A stretch of DNA of 64,000 nt from Thermoproteota archaeon. Its GTDB lineage: Archaea > Asgardarchaeota > Njordarchaeia > Njordarchaeales > Panguiarchaeaceae. Under the pieces are notes generated by a model. That model was not told the DNA's origin. It did not search any database and saw nothing but the letters and a program-made list of their open reading frames with translations. This document shows, one piece after another, positions 28,633 through 37,706 of this stretch (positions are counted from its first letter, which is position 1; every line of letters begins with the position of its first letter). The translations under genes and the position numbers were made by a program. The stretch lies in contig JANJXX010000002.1 in NCBI GenBank assembly GCA_024720975.1, forward strand, positions 64,001-128,000, in the 5' to 3' direction.

Positions 28633-29022
28633 TTAGGCGTGACTTTTGACTGCCTGCTTGGCTTGCTCTTGTATTTGCTTTATTGAAATACCTTGTACGC
28701 GTTTAAAGAGTTCATCAAATTCATCTAATTGAAGGAATTTTGGACTCTTTATGTGTGGCAGGAAAAGAAATGCGGGAATATATTGCTTATCCTCGTAAAG
28801 TTTCTCTCTAACTGGTCTTGTTATCTCAGCTAGTGTTTCAGGCATGAAGATTACTGCATATTCTAATTGCTGCGATTCCAGTAAACTCTTAAGCGACATT
28901 AGAAGATTTTCGTTACTTTCTACAATTTTAACGTCTATGCCCAACAAATTGAAGATTTTTCCGAGATCCTCATAATCTTTTGTGGCCAGAAATAAAATTT
29001 TGTATCGAGATTTAAAACTCAA
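28633..29022 (-). CDS. atpF: A/V-type ATP synthase subunit F
   Basis: KI.F.......FNLLGI...YAVIF..E.LA...P...LP pattern; 129 aa. Confidence 0.7.
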   Translation of the reverse strand: MSFKSRYKILFLATKDYEDLGKIFNLLGIDVKIVESNENLLMSLKSLLESQQLEYAVIFMPETLAEITRPVREKLYEDKQYIPAFLFLPHIKSPKFLQLDEFDELFKRVQGISIKQIQEQAKQAVKSHA

Positions 29023-29025
29023 ACT

Positions 29026-30423
29026 TCATCTCCTTAGGTAGTTCTCAATAAATTCATTTACAACTTCTTCCAAAGTGTATCCAGAGGTCTCTACGATTTC
29101 ATATTTGACTTGCACAATAGGTTTGTTCACCTTAAGCCCATATGTTTCAAAAACTCTACTAATGGATATCGGCGTTCCAGAGACTATAACATCAGCATCT
29201 ACACGGTTTATAGTTTTTAGGAGCTCCTCCACCTGCTTTTTGTTATATCCTATTGTTGGAAGGACTTTACCTAGGTGCGGGTACATTTTGTAGACTTCCT
29301 CTAAGATTGAGCCGCTGGGTATGTACGGACGCGGGTCGACGATTTCCTTTGCTCCGAACATCCTTGCCGCAAGCAGACCCGCTGCCAAGTTCGCTTCCCC
29401 ATGCGTTACCGTGGGGCCATCTTCTATCACTAACACACGCTTACCCCTAATAGCAGATGGTGCGTCTAATTGTATCTTAGAGTCCGCTAGAATAATTTTT
29501 GCTTTAGGATTAACAGTCTGAACATTCTGGATAATTTCTCTCCAGTTTTCAAACGGTGCTGGACCTATTTTATTGATAACCACTACGTCGCACATTCGTA
29601 TATTGACACTACCGGGAAAATACTTCAACTCATGTCCAGGACGAAGTGCGTCGGCGACTGTTATCATCAAATTTGGCTTTATGAATGGAAAATCATTATT
29701 ACCGCCATCCCAAAGAATTACATCCGCTGACTTTTCAGCTTCCCTTAGTATCCTTTCATAATCTAGTCCGGCCCATACTTCAAAGCCGTTCACCAAGTAT
29801 TGTTCAAACTCTTCAAGCTCTTCTATGGACAGATCTCCGGATTTCAGCTTCTCATAAGCATCATCTAGTGTCCTAAAATATTCCACAATCTTCTTTTTCA
29901 AGTCCTTTGCGTAGGGCATTGGATGCCTTATGACTGCAACTCTAATACCTTTATTGCGAAAGATTCTTATTAGCTTCCTAGAGACGGAAGACTTACCCGC
30001 ACCAGTTCTAACAGCCACGACTGCAATTACAGGCTTTTCACTCTCCAGCATTGTATCTCTTGGACCTAATATCATGAAAGATGCTCCATTTGCTAGTGCT
30101 ATTGATGCACGCTCCATTACATGTTCAAAGCTTACGTCAGAATAAGAAAACACAACCTTATCAACATTCTTCTCTCGGATTATTCTAGCGAGATCCTCTT
30201 CCGGAACGAGGGGTATGCCTTGAGGATACAGTTCCCCCGCTAACTCAGGTGGATATATGCGATCTGCTATCTCCGGTATCTGTGTTTGTGTAAAGGCTAC
30301 AACCTCATAATTTGGATTCTTCTTAAAGAAGACATTAAAGTTGTGAAAATCACGTCCGGAAGCACCCATTATTATGACTTTACAACGCCTAGATGTGTTA
30401 GACTCCGCATTCACTTGCAACAC
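29026..30423 (-). CDS. COG2403 P-loop ligase (cDPG synthetase-related; likely arginine synthetase ArcE clade)
   Basis: MGASGRDFHNFN, RTGAGKS, RHPMPY, WDGGNND, EDGPTVTHG. Confidence 0.8.
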   Translation of the reverse strand: MLQVNAESNTSRRCKVIIMGASGRDFHNFNVFFKKNPNYEVVAFTQTQIPEIADRIYPPELAGELYPQGIPLVPEEDLARIIREKNVDKVVFSYSDVSFEHVMERASIALANGASFMILGPRDTMLESEKPVIAVVAVRTGAGKSSVSRKLIRIFRNKGIRVAVIRHPMPYAKDLKKKIVEYFRTLDDAYEKLKSGDLSIEELEEFEQYLVNGFEVWAGLDYERILREAEKSADVILWDGGNNDFPFIKPNLMITVADALRPGHELKYFPGSVNIRMCDVVVINKIGPAPFENWREIIQNVQTVNPKAKIILADSKIQLDAPSAIRGKRVLVIEDGPTVTHGEANLAAGLLAARMFGAKEIVDPRPYIPSGSILEEVYKMYPHLGKVLPTIGYNKKQVEELLKTINRVDADVIVSGTPISISRVFETYGLKVNKPIVQVKYEIVETSGYTLEEVVNEFIENYLRR

Positions 30424-30469
30424 CGTTAATGACTCTCAGGTTACCTTATTAGCAGCGAAGTGCTAATTT

Positions 30470-31225
30470 TTGAAATTTAATGAATCGGCAATTATTAGGT
30501 ATCAACTTAGCATTAGCCAGAAATCATTGGTGGCATTAGTGTTAGGTTCCATTATAGTACAATCGCCCTTCAGCGAAGGCTTCATATTAGAATTTGGTAA
30601 CCTCATCTTATGCATCGACCCGCCGTTGACCACCGAGACATTGAATTCGTTAATAGAAAGCGCAAAGTCCGTTGAGATAATTTTGAGTGAAGTAAAGAAC
30701 ATCAATACTCTCACTGATTTTTGCAATATGTTCAGAGTCATCACTCCACTTGAATCTGATCTTAACACATCACTAGCAATCACATACCGTGAAGAGGAAG
30801 CTATAATTTTCACGCACCGCTTATGTGGTTACTATCTTAATCCTCCTACTATTGCTGGGAGCTCGAATAGTCGTTTCATACTTCTCGTGACGCATCAGCT
30901 TAATATATTGTACGTTCCCAGGGTAACGTTTATTGAGAAACCACTTAGAGTTGATTTAACCCTGACTTATAATGAAATACTAGAGTATGCCATCGCTAAA
31001 TCATCTGGGAATCCCTTGATGATATCAAAGTATCTTGGTTGCAATCCGCAGTGGTGCTTAGTAAAAAGTACGAAGGACATCATATCTTCGAACATTGTAT
31101 ACCTAAATAAAAAGAAATACAGAGCCTCTCGACATCTTTCGGAGGTTGTTTTGAGAGAAGTTAATGATGCTCAGAGTGGTGCACGCTCATCACATAATCA
31201 GAGCAGGTCAGAAGTCATCATCTAA
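30470..31225 (+). CDS. Hypothetical protein (possible degenerate metallo-beta-lactamase-like fold)
   Basis: 251-aa ORF filling the gap; GFILE...LCIDP, IIFTH. Confidence 0.45.
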   Translation: MKFNESAIIRYQLSISQKSLVALVLGSIIVQSPFSEGFILEFGNLILCIDPPLTTETLNSLIESAKSVEIILSEVKNINTLTDFCNMFRVITPLESDLNTSLAITYREEEAIIFTHRLCGYYLNPPTIAGSSNSRFILLVTHQLNILYVPRVTFIEKPLRVDLTLTYNEILEYAIAKSSGNPLMISKYLGCNPQWCLVKSTKDIISSNIVYLNKKKYRASRHLSEVVLREVNDAQSGARSSHNQSRSEVII

Positions 31226-31311
31226 AGGAAATTTATTTACGGCTCATTGCTAAAACAAAATTCTAGATCAGCATATTAAAAGCCTGACGCAATTTATCAA
31301 ATTTGATGACT

Positions 31312-32037
31312 TCAGAACTTAAATGCACTATAATTGTTCCCTTTTTGCTCCTCCTTAAATTTAACGAAGAGGATAACCTTTGTTTTATTAGTGATACCCC
31401 AGGGGGTGGGCTCATCAGTTTGCGAGACCGCCCAATTTGAGATTGGCAGAAACAATACGTTAAATCCAAATTGATTAGCAAAATCTCTTATCTCATGAGG
31501 ATCAATTGCATGCATCCATGATGAATCGGCCCCTGGTCCCTCACCAATGTCTATAAAATACTCTACTGACGAAAAACTCAATATGCTTTCGCCATGTTTT
31601 TCATTCGCAGGAATCCACGACCCCAGCACTGTTCTTGGATTGTATTTTTCGAGAGCTTCCTCAATACTTAGCTTTTCGACATTAAACCTACTACGCCTCA
31701 ACTTCCACGAATAATCATCCGTGGCAATTATGTCCACGCCAAATTTTTTGAGCCAGTAGGACAGTTTGCCACTACCTGCACAAACTTCTAGTCGCAAATT
31801 GGGGAGATACTTTAAAACGTCAGAAAGAGCTCTTACGAATTCAGCAGTTTCAACATTAAACAACGAGAATCTAGAACAAAATCGTAGCCAACGTCTCTTG
31901 CCTAAGCTTAGGATTATATAACGGACCTCCCAGTAGGATGGGAGTGTATCTATCTGAAGAACTTTCTTGGTGACGGACATAATGCTGGGGTATTGAACGC
32001 CTGTAGCGCTTTGTTTCAGTTTTTCTAGGCCCTCCAT
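31312..32037 (-). CDS. Putative SAM-dependent methyltransferase
   Basis: LEVCAGSGKLS motif I, IATD, SWIP, IGE. Confidence 0.7.
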   Translation of the reverse strand: MEGLEKLKQSATGVQYPSIMSVTKKVLQIDTLPSYWEVRYIILSLGKRRWLRFCSRFSLFNVETAEFVRALSDVLKYLPNLRLEVCAGSGKLSYWLKKFGVDIIATDDYSWKLRRSRFNVEKLSIEEALEKYNPRTVLGSWIPANEKHGESILSFSSVEYFIDIGEGPGADSSWMHAIDPHEIRDFANQFGFNVLFLPISNWAVSQTDEPTPWGITNKTKVILFVKFKEEQKGNNYSAFKF

Positions 32038-32084
32038 AGGGTTGCATCACTAGTGTAGAAATATCCAGGTAATAGGTTTTTATT

Positions 32085-32171
32085 TGGCGCCCCCGGCGGG
32101 ACTCGAACCCGCATTTCCCCTCTAGCCTGGGGCTTGACAGGCCCCCATGCTAGCCCCTACACCACGGGGGC
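32085..32171 (-). tRNA. tRNA-Asp(GUC), CCA encoded, 12-nt intron at 45/46
   Basis: GCCCCCG/CGGGGGC-G-CCA; GGGGC-CTGTCAA-GCCCC; variable region AG[GCTAGAGGGGAA]AT. Confidence 0.92.
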
Positions 32172-32460
32172 TCGCGCTTAAATGTATTATAAGCGTCTGA
32201 TCTGAAAAGCTTGAAGCTACTTTGACCATTATTCAACATTTGGCTATTCAATATTTATAAAGTTTTTATGATTCTGGACAAGCCTTTGGATATCTTAGCA
32301 GTCCCGACGGCAGTATATGTCCTGTAATTTTGTCTGCTGGCCTACTAAACGACCGGTAGGCTCCAGTTTATTTGAAACGACGCTGGAGACGATAGACAAT
32401 ATTAGGAAAAAGGAACTTGTACCCTTAAGTTTTTAGGCTGTCTGAGCTCTCTCCTTAATC

Positions 32461-33093
32461 TCACTTGAGTTTGGACGCCTTAACGTATTCCCTGTATACC
32501 TTATAATCATTCATCATGAGGATTATTATCATTGGCACTATGACTGCTAACGTGTAAACTGATAGTACTGTTAATGCATGCCTAACGTCGGCGGATTTTT
32601 TGGGCCCCTCTAAATAAACGACGCATTCATCAGATATCACCGTAAACATTTTCCCTTTAGAATCAAAGTAGTTAACTTTAACTCTCCCAAGTGATAATTC
32701 CTCTTGTTTTGATAGTTTTATGCTTAAGTTGTATTCTACGATAACGCTTATATTTGGTTTAAGTTCGTTAATGAAGTAGTTTCTATAATACCCATATGTT
32801 TCTAAGGTCCATTCAGGGTAATTCTCATCAATTATAGTCAAGTTATACGCCGTGTCATTTCCGAGATTGCTTACAATTATGGATACTTTAAAAGGATCCC
32901 CTACATTAACCTTGCGAGGAGCTACCTTAGTTGCGAAGATTAGTGGGTACTTGATCTCAGTCTTTTGAGAAATATTGATCTGTGCACATTTAACACATGA
33001 GCCAGGTTCATGTGACGTATGACACCACGGCAGAGATAAGAATAGTATTAAAATTAAACAGCACAGCAATGTAAATCGAAGCCATCTCGACAT
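32461..33093 (-). CDS. TRAP-beta-like (translocon-associated) Ig-fold membrane protein
   Basis: Signal peptide; K...V.VGD.F.V.I.VSNLG.DTAYNL.I.D..YP beta-sandwich; C-terminal TM with basic tail; next to aglB. Confidence 0.65.
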   Translation of the reverse strand: MSRWLRFTLLCCLILILFLSLPWCHTSHEPGSCVKCAQINISQKTEIKYPLIFATKVAPRKVNVGDPFKVSIIVSNLGNDTAYNLTIIDENYPEWTLETYGYYRNYFINELKPNISVIVEYNLSIKLSKQEELSLGRVKVNYFDSKGKMFTVISDECVVYLEGPKKSADVRHALTVLSVYTLAVIVPMIIILMMNDYKVYREYVKASKLK

Positions 33094-33116
33094 ATTAGCA
33101 CCATACTCCGCTTTTT

Positions 33117-35219
33117 TTACCTCGTAGAAATCAAAACTGATGATGCATTAAATACTGCAGGAAATGATGGCAAGTAGGATAGTTCCTCCGGCCATACAAG
33201 TCTGTAGAGCTTTACAAAGCTTCTTCCCTCTGTCTTTTTCATAACAAGCACAAAGTAAGACAAACTCTCGACTCTGAACTGACTCGCCTTATCCTTTAGC
33301 TTCGTTTCGCCATAATTACGTACCCATGTGTCCGCGTTTGCGCCTTCACCATATGCAAGGCAGACCCATAGAACTGAGTAGAAGAATGGTTCTTTGTAGC
33401 GGAATTCTTCTTTATTCAGGTATGCATCCTCGCTAATTCCGTACATAGGTGCATGCGCGCTAGCTATCCTTATCATCCAAATGGCTTTTGGTAAATCTTC
33501 AGAGTACACAAGGATCCATTTGACATTATACATACGCATTAATATTATTGATTTGTTAGGCGGAAGCATTAGCATTGATCCAACGACACCCATTTGCGTG
33601 GAGTTACCCGTACCATTGTCAGAGAGCGTCGTAACATTGGCTGCAATTGTACAACGATAGCCATAGTCCCACCAACTTAGTACAACATCATTAGGACTAG
33701 CATACTTTTTAAGATAGCCAAAAATGGCTCGTTCAGCGTCTGTGTAATCGTAGCCAGCATAGAAACCCGATACCTGTACTCCGTGAATTACTGTTATCGA
33801 AAGCACAAGGAAGATGATTAAGTAGACACCCAAGGCTTCCCCTTTGGGAATTCTTCTTTCACCAAGGTATCTCCTTACTACACGCGCCTTATGAAGTATA
33901 AACCTACCACTAAAGAATCGAGCATAGGGTGAGAGCACGTAATCTATTCCCAGACCAACAACGATAGCAAGTACTGGTGCTCCAAGAACAATGTAACGCG
34001 TGATCGATGCTGCAAAATAGAAGGACGTCACTGTTAATAGTAGTAACACTATATCGGTTTTGGTCCGCTTTTCGATCATGGCAAGTATAGCTGGCGGGAC
34101 AAACAATATCGCGGGTCCGGCCGCTAGGTAGAAGTTAGTCCAAATACCTGGTTGATTTTCTGCTACGCTTATATAAGTAACCATTTGTTCGCGGATAAAG
34201 GGATTTAATACTGAAGCAAACTTACCGACAATTGGGACAAGCTTTCCTGCTGCTAGTAGTGCTAATGCTCCTGTAATACTAAGCGCGAGTCCTCCCATTA
34301 TGATGAGATTATACATACGAGCTCGCGTGCTCCTGAAAATCTTCGCTAAGATCGTAGCAAAATATTCTAACATTATAATCAGAACAATTATCAGTGCTGC
34401 TGCACTTTCGATCCCAGTTGCTATTTCATAGTTTCTTGGAATTATTATTCCTATTCCCAAGCTTATGGGGATAACTATCATTAGAGTTAAGCGATCTTTG
34501 TTATCAAGCGTCCCACTAATTATTCTGATGACGGCATAAACAACGTATATAGCTATCAAGTATCGCCATATACCCCAGCTAAGTATTACTATGCCGGAGA
34601 ATAGACTGCACGCTAATATATCGATGCTCTTGCCGTGTTTTATTGATCGAATAAAGAATAGAATCGCTAGGAGCACAAAGCAGATTGTAATTTCATTATC
34701 GAAGAATCCAGCAATCGTCCTTTGTATATGAGCTGGGGAAACAGCAGTTATTATTGCTGCTATTAGACCTACAGTGGAATCCTTTATCTCCTTACCTAAG
34801 AGGTATACAATTAATACAGCAAGTGAGCCCATTATAGCAGGAGTTACAATAGTAGCTGTTAATAAGTCAACATGGATGCCCAAAGCATTGAGTAAGAGAA
34901 AGATTATTACTCCTAATATGGGAACTATTACATATAGAGAGCTAGGACTATTCCCATATGGATACCAGAACTTGAAGTCATGGTATGCTAACATACCATC
35001 AAGTCCCTTTTCCAGGAGAAGCTTTGCAGCAAAATATTGTACAAATGTGTCATACTCACGCTGACCAATGCCATAACGTACTATGGGTTGAACTCTTAAA
35101 ATGAAGCCTACGATGATAGCTATCGCTAATGTTAGGATTTTTAGTAAAGTTTCCTTTGGAATTTTAAATACACTAAAAAAGTTTGATACCTTTTCGTATA
35201 ATCTCATTACCACCACCAA
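33117..35219 (-). CDS. aglB: Oligosaccharyltransferase STT3/AglB
   Basis: EYD, FFDNE, SVAENQP, SWWDYG, DNGTGN, DLPKAIWMIRI; multiple TM helices. Confidence 0.95.
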   Translation of the reverse strand: MVVVMRLYEKVSNFFSVFKIPKETLLKILTLAIAIIVGFILRVQPIVRYGIGQREYDTFVQYFAAKLLLEKGLDGMLAYHDFKFWYPYGNSPSSLYVIVPILGVIIFLLLNALGIHVDLLTATIVTPAIMGSLAVLIVYLLGKEIKDSTVGLIAAIITAVSPAHIQRTIAGFFDNEITICFVLLAILFFIRSIKHGKSIDILACSLFSGIVILSWGIWRYLIAIYVVYAVIRIISGTLDNKDRLTLMIVIPISLGIGIIIPRNYEIATGIESAAALIIVLIIMLEYFATILAKIFRSTRARMYNLIIMGGLALSITGALALLAAGKLVPIVGKFASVLNPFIREQMVTYISVAENQPGIWTNFYLAAGPAILFVPPAILAMIEKRTKTDIVLLLLTVTSFYFAASITRYIVLGAPVLAIVVGLGIDYVLSPYARFFSGRFILHKARVVRRYLGERRIPKGEALGVYLIIFLVLSITVIHGVQVSGFYAGYDYTDAERAIFGYLKKYASPNDVVLSWWDYGYRCTIAANVTTLSDNGTGNSTQMGVVGSMLMLPPNKSIILMRMYNVKWILVYSEDLPKAIWMIRIASAHAPMYGISEDAYLNKEEFRYKEPFFYSVLWVCLAYGEGANADTWVRNYGETKLKDKASQFRVESLSYFVLVMKKTEGRSFVKLYRLVWPEELSYLPSFPAVFNASSVLISTR

Positions 35220-35329
35220 GAAACCATAATCACTGATTGCGATTTTAAAGTCTTAAAACGGCTATAAAATCAAAAGATTACTAAAAGCTTATTCATGCCT
35301 TTTATGTCAATGCCCGAACTAAGCTAATG

Positions 35330-35554
35330 CTATGTTTCAAGTGTCAATGCAAAAAGTCCATATTCCTCCTTTTGAAGAAGTCTTGCAACTTGCGATTTTT
35401 GGGGGTTCAATATGAGTACTATGTTGGAGTAATTACTTGCAAATTTATCGTTACCGCAAAAAGGACATTTGGATTTGTTGCCCTCTTGAATAAGTTCCTT
35501 TCGAAGTAGAATTCTCTTACACTTCGTACAAGCTACGTATTTTCCTCGTGCCAA
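35330..35554 (-). CDS. spt4: Transcription elongation factor Spt4 (RpoE'')
   Basis: ACTKC...CPFCG, ILNPQKSQVA, GLFAL. Confidence 0.9.
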   Translation of the reverse strand: MARGKYVACTKCKRILLRKELIQEGNKSKCPFCGNDKFASNYSNIVLILNPQKSQVARLLQKEEYGLFALTLET

Positions 35555-35556
35555 TT

Positions 35557-36186
35557 TTACTCCTCAGCAACTATCCTGTAGTATATTTCTTCACCACTGG
35601 GAATAAGTCTTTTGAGGATTTTGTATATTTCCTGGCCAGCATCTTCACCATATTTTTGGATAAGCTCCTCTAAGGCAGGCACAGACCTTCTAATTTCTAT
35701 AATTTGCCCAGGCTTAGCTTTAAGTATACGGACTGCAGGATCGTTAACTAAAATTTTCGGGAATGTTCTATAAGCTAGTTGGTAGTCACCACCAGCGTAT
35801 TTTTCAACTACTTTTTTAGCTTCTTCCGGAGGTAGAACTCGATGCTGAGGAACAAGCCAATGGTCAAATATGTATATGAGGGGCTGTTTGATATCAATCA
35901 CTTCGATACCATAAGATTCTGCTTCCTTTTTAGCTTGGGATGTGGCCTCACGTATGGTAGCAATAAGTCCCTGATCGCAGTTATTTTCCTCCATAGCCTT
36001 TTTTACTCTTCTTACGTGTTGTACACTCAGCTTCCTGTTGATTAGGTATACATATACCCTAGAATTTCCCTTCTGGAAAATAGCCTCAACAGAATCTTTT
36101 TTAGAAACCAACAGGGAGGCTAATGTAAATCCCCGACCTTTTTCCAGAATCTTTTTAACTTCAGTCCATAGTTTTTCTACGGACAT
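35557..36186 (-). CDS. rpoH: RNA polymerase subunit Rpo5/RpoH with N-terminal endonuclease-like domain (Rpb5-length)
   Basis: HWLVPQHRVL, PKILVNDPAV, KPGQIIEIRR, YYRIV; about 100 aa extra N-terminal domain. Confidence 0.9.
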   Translation of the reverse strand: MSVEKLWTEVKKILEKGRGFTLASLLVSKKDSVEAIFQKGNSRVYVYLINRKLSVQHVRRVKKAMEENNCDQGLIATIREATSQAKKEAESYGIEVIDIKQPLIYIFDHWLVPQHRVLPPEEAKKVVEKYAGGDYQLAYRTFPKILVNDPAVRILKAKPGQIIEIRRSVPALEELIQKYGEDAGQEIYKILKRLIPSGEEIYYRIVAEE

Positions 36187-36204
36187 AAGATGCCAGCCTT
36201 TGGC

Positions 36205-36906
36205 TTATCGCAAACGCACAGCTTCGGCTATTTTGTCGAGTATTTTTGAAATGTCTCCTTCGATGCGAGCAGAAATTTCAGCGTAAGGCGTTAGACTTGA
36301 TTCGTCAAATGATTTATAAACTATAAAATCGCGAATCGGATATATTTTATGGATCAATGAAAGAATTTCTCTATGAAATGCCTTTCTGATAACCAAATTC
36401 CAAAGAAAATGCTGTGCATCAAATTCCTTTGCCTTTTCGTTAATGTACGAGTTCATTAACTTTCTGATAGCCCTACGTTGATTAAAATGCGCCCGCTTAG
36501 ATGTCATGGCAATTACGGAGACTTTAACTCTGTGATTATCTTTAGTAATGACCCTTGTTACGATCTCACATCTACTTCTTCTTCTACGAACTATCGTAGA
36601 AATTACCTCACGAGGATAGCAGTGTCCAATAAACGCAGCGTGAGCACCCGAGGACGTAACTTTGTTGATGCGAAATAGTAGATCCATCAGCTGATCTTCG
36701 TACGTTGAGACATAGCCTACAGCCTTTATTCTTACAACTCTATTAATAAGATCTTTTGGGTCTACTGTCAAAACCTTTACAAATGGTTCCTTTCCTAAAA
36801 ATTCAGGCGGGTACACCGGAACCCAATAGAACGCTCGCTTCCTAACTATGCGTGGTCGTGCGCTCAAAATATTCCACCTATTTGGTGTTAGTACATTAAG
36901 ATTCAT
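36205..36906 (-). CDS. rps3ae: 30S ribosomal protein eS1 (S3Ae)
   Basis: LINRVV, FRINKV, VRRRRSR, TKD, KIYPIR. Confidence 0.9.
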   Translation of the reverse strand: MNLNVLTPNRWNILSARPRIVRKRAFYWVPVYPPEFLGKEPFVKVLTVDPKDLINRVVRIKAVGYVSTYEDQLMDLLFRINKVTSSGAHAAFIGHCYPREVISTIVRRRRSRCEIVTRVITKDNHRVKVSVIAMTSKRAHFNQRRAIRKLMNSYINEKAKEFDAQHFLWNLVIRKAFHREILSLIHKIYPIRDFIVYKSFDESSLTPYAEISARIEGDISKILDKIAEAVRLR

Positions 36907-37040
36907 GGACTATTAGCAAATTAAAAATCAAAAATAACTTATACCTTAAGGGGGCGAAATCGAGATTGCAATAATATCTGTAAGAATCACCAATATGGCT
37001 AAAAAATACTTGGTACAATAAAATAATCTCGGATAATCTC

Positions 37041-37116
37041 GGGCCCGTGGTGTAGTCAGGATTAGCACGCGGGCTTGCGGAGCCTGTAGTCGCGGGTTCA
37101 AGTCCCGCCGGGCCCA
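37041..37116 (+). tRNA. tRNA-Arg(GCG)
   Basis: GGGCCCG/CGGGCCC acceptor; CGGGC-TTGCGGA-GCCTG. Confidence 0.93.
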
Positions 37117-37192
37117 TAGAATTTTACTTAACACCTAAAATGTTCACGCCGCCTCTAGCACGGAGAATTTAATTTCTCTAGATGATGATTCG

Positions 37193-37705
37193 TTACTGCT
37201 CAAGGGCTTCTAGCTCCGAGGTGATAGCTCTATATTTGCGCACAATCAGAAAGATCCCAAGTGAGCAGAATGCGAGTGGAATATGATATAGAAAGATGGT
37301 AATTCTGTAGAATAGAGCGCCTAAAAATTCTTGCGGATTGTGCACAATTAAGAAACCGGGCGACGATAAAGAAAACGTCGCAGTGAAATCACCGACGGTT
37401 ATTAATAATAAAACGAATGCTATTAGACCTAAGTAGTGCAGCACTGCTTCAGATTTTCTCTCAGACGTTACGGCCGTTAGAATTAAACTGAAGATTATTA
37501 GTGCTAGATTCCTTATCGTTGAAGAATTTATGGACACGCTGGTCTTGAGATACTCTGGAGCAAAAAATAATGCATACAGTGTATCCTTAAACGATGGATA
37601 AGAATGCATACTATATTCTAGAAGCGGTACTATTATACACATAATCGCGTCAATAGTGCTGATTATCAGAAGAATGAGAATTACTCTGGATAAGCCTCTC
37701 AACAC
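37193..37705 (-). CDS. Hypothetical four-TM membrane protein
   Basis: Four hydrophobic segments; coupled to the TPR gene. Confidence 0.65.
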   Translation of the reverse strand: MLRGLSRVILILLIISTIDAIMCIIVPLLEYSMHSYPSFKDTLYALFFAPEYLKTSVSINSSTIRNLALIIFSLILTAVTSERKSEAVLHYLGLIAFVLLLITVGDFTATFSLSSPGFLIVHNPQEFLGALFYRITIFLYHIPLAFCSLGIFLIVRKYRAITSELEALEQ

Positions 37706-37706
37706 T

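Noticed and set aside
21132-32171. Integrated element between the integrase and the tRNA genes
   Set aside because: Contents are core genes (GINS, cdc6, aIF-1A, atpF) and no att repeat was seen
37023-37042. ATAATCTCGG tandem duplication before tRNA-Arg
   Set aside because: Only two 10-bp copies; most simply a slippage duplication
36896-37134. ORF-track proteins MGPAGLEPATT... and MLSKILWARRDLNP...
   Set aside because: Antisense shadows of tRNA-Arg(GCG)
37182-37230. ATGATGA box-C-like motif after tRNA-Arg
   Set aside because: No properly spaced D'/D boxes; runs into the 3' end of a convergent CDS
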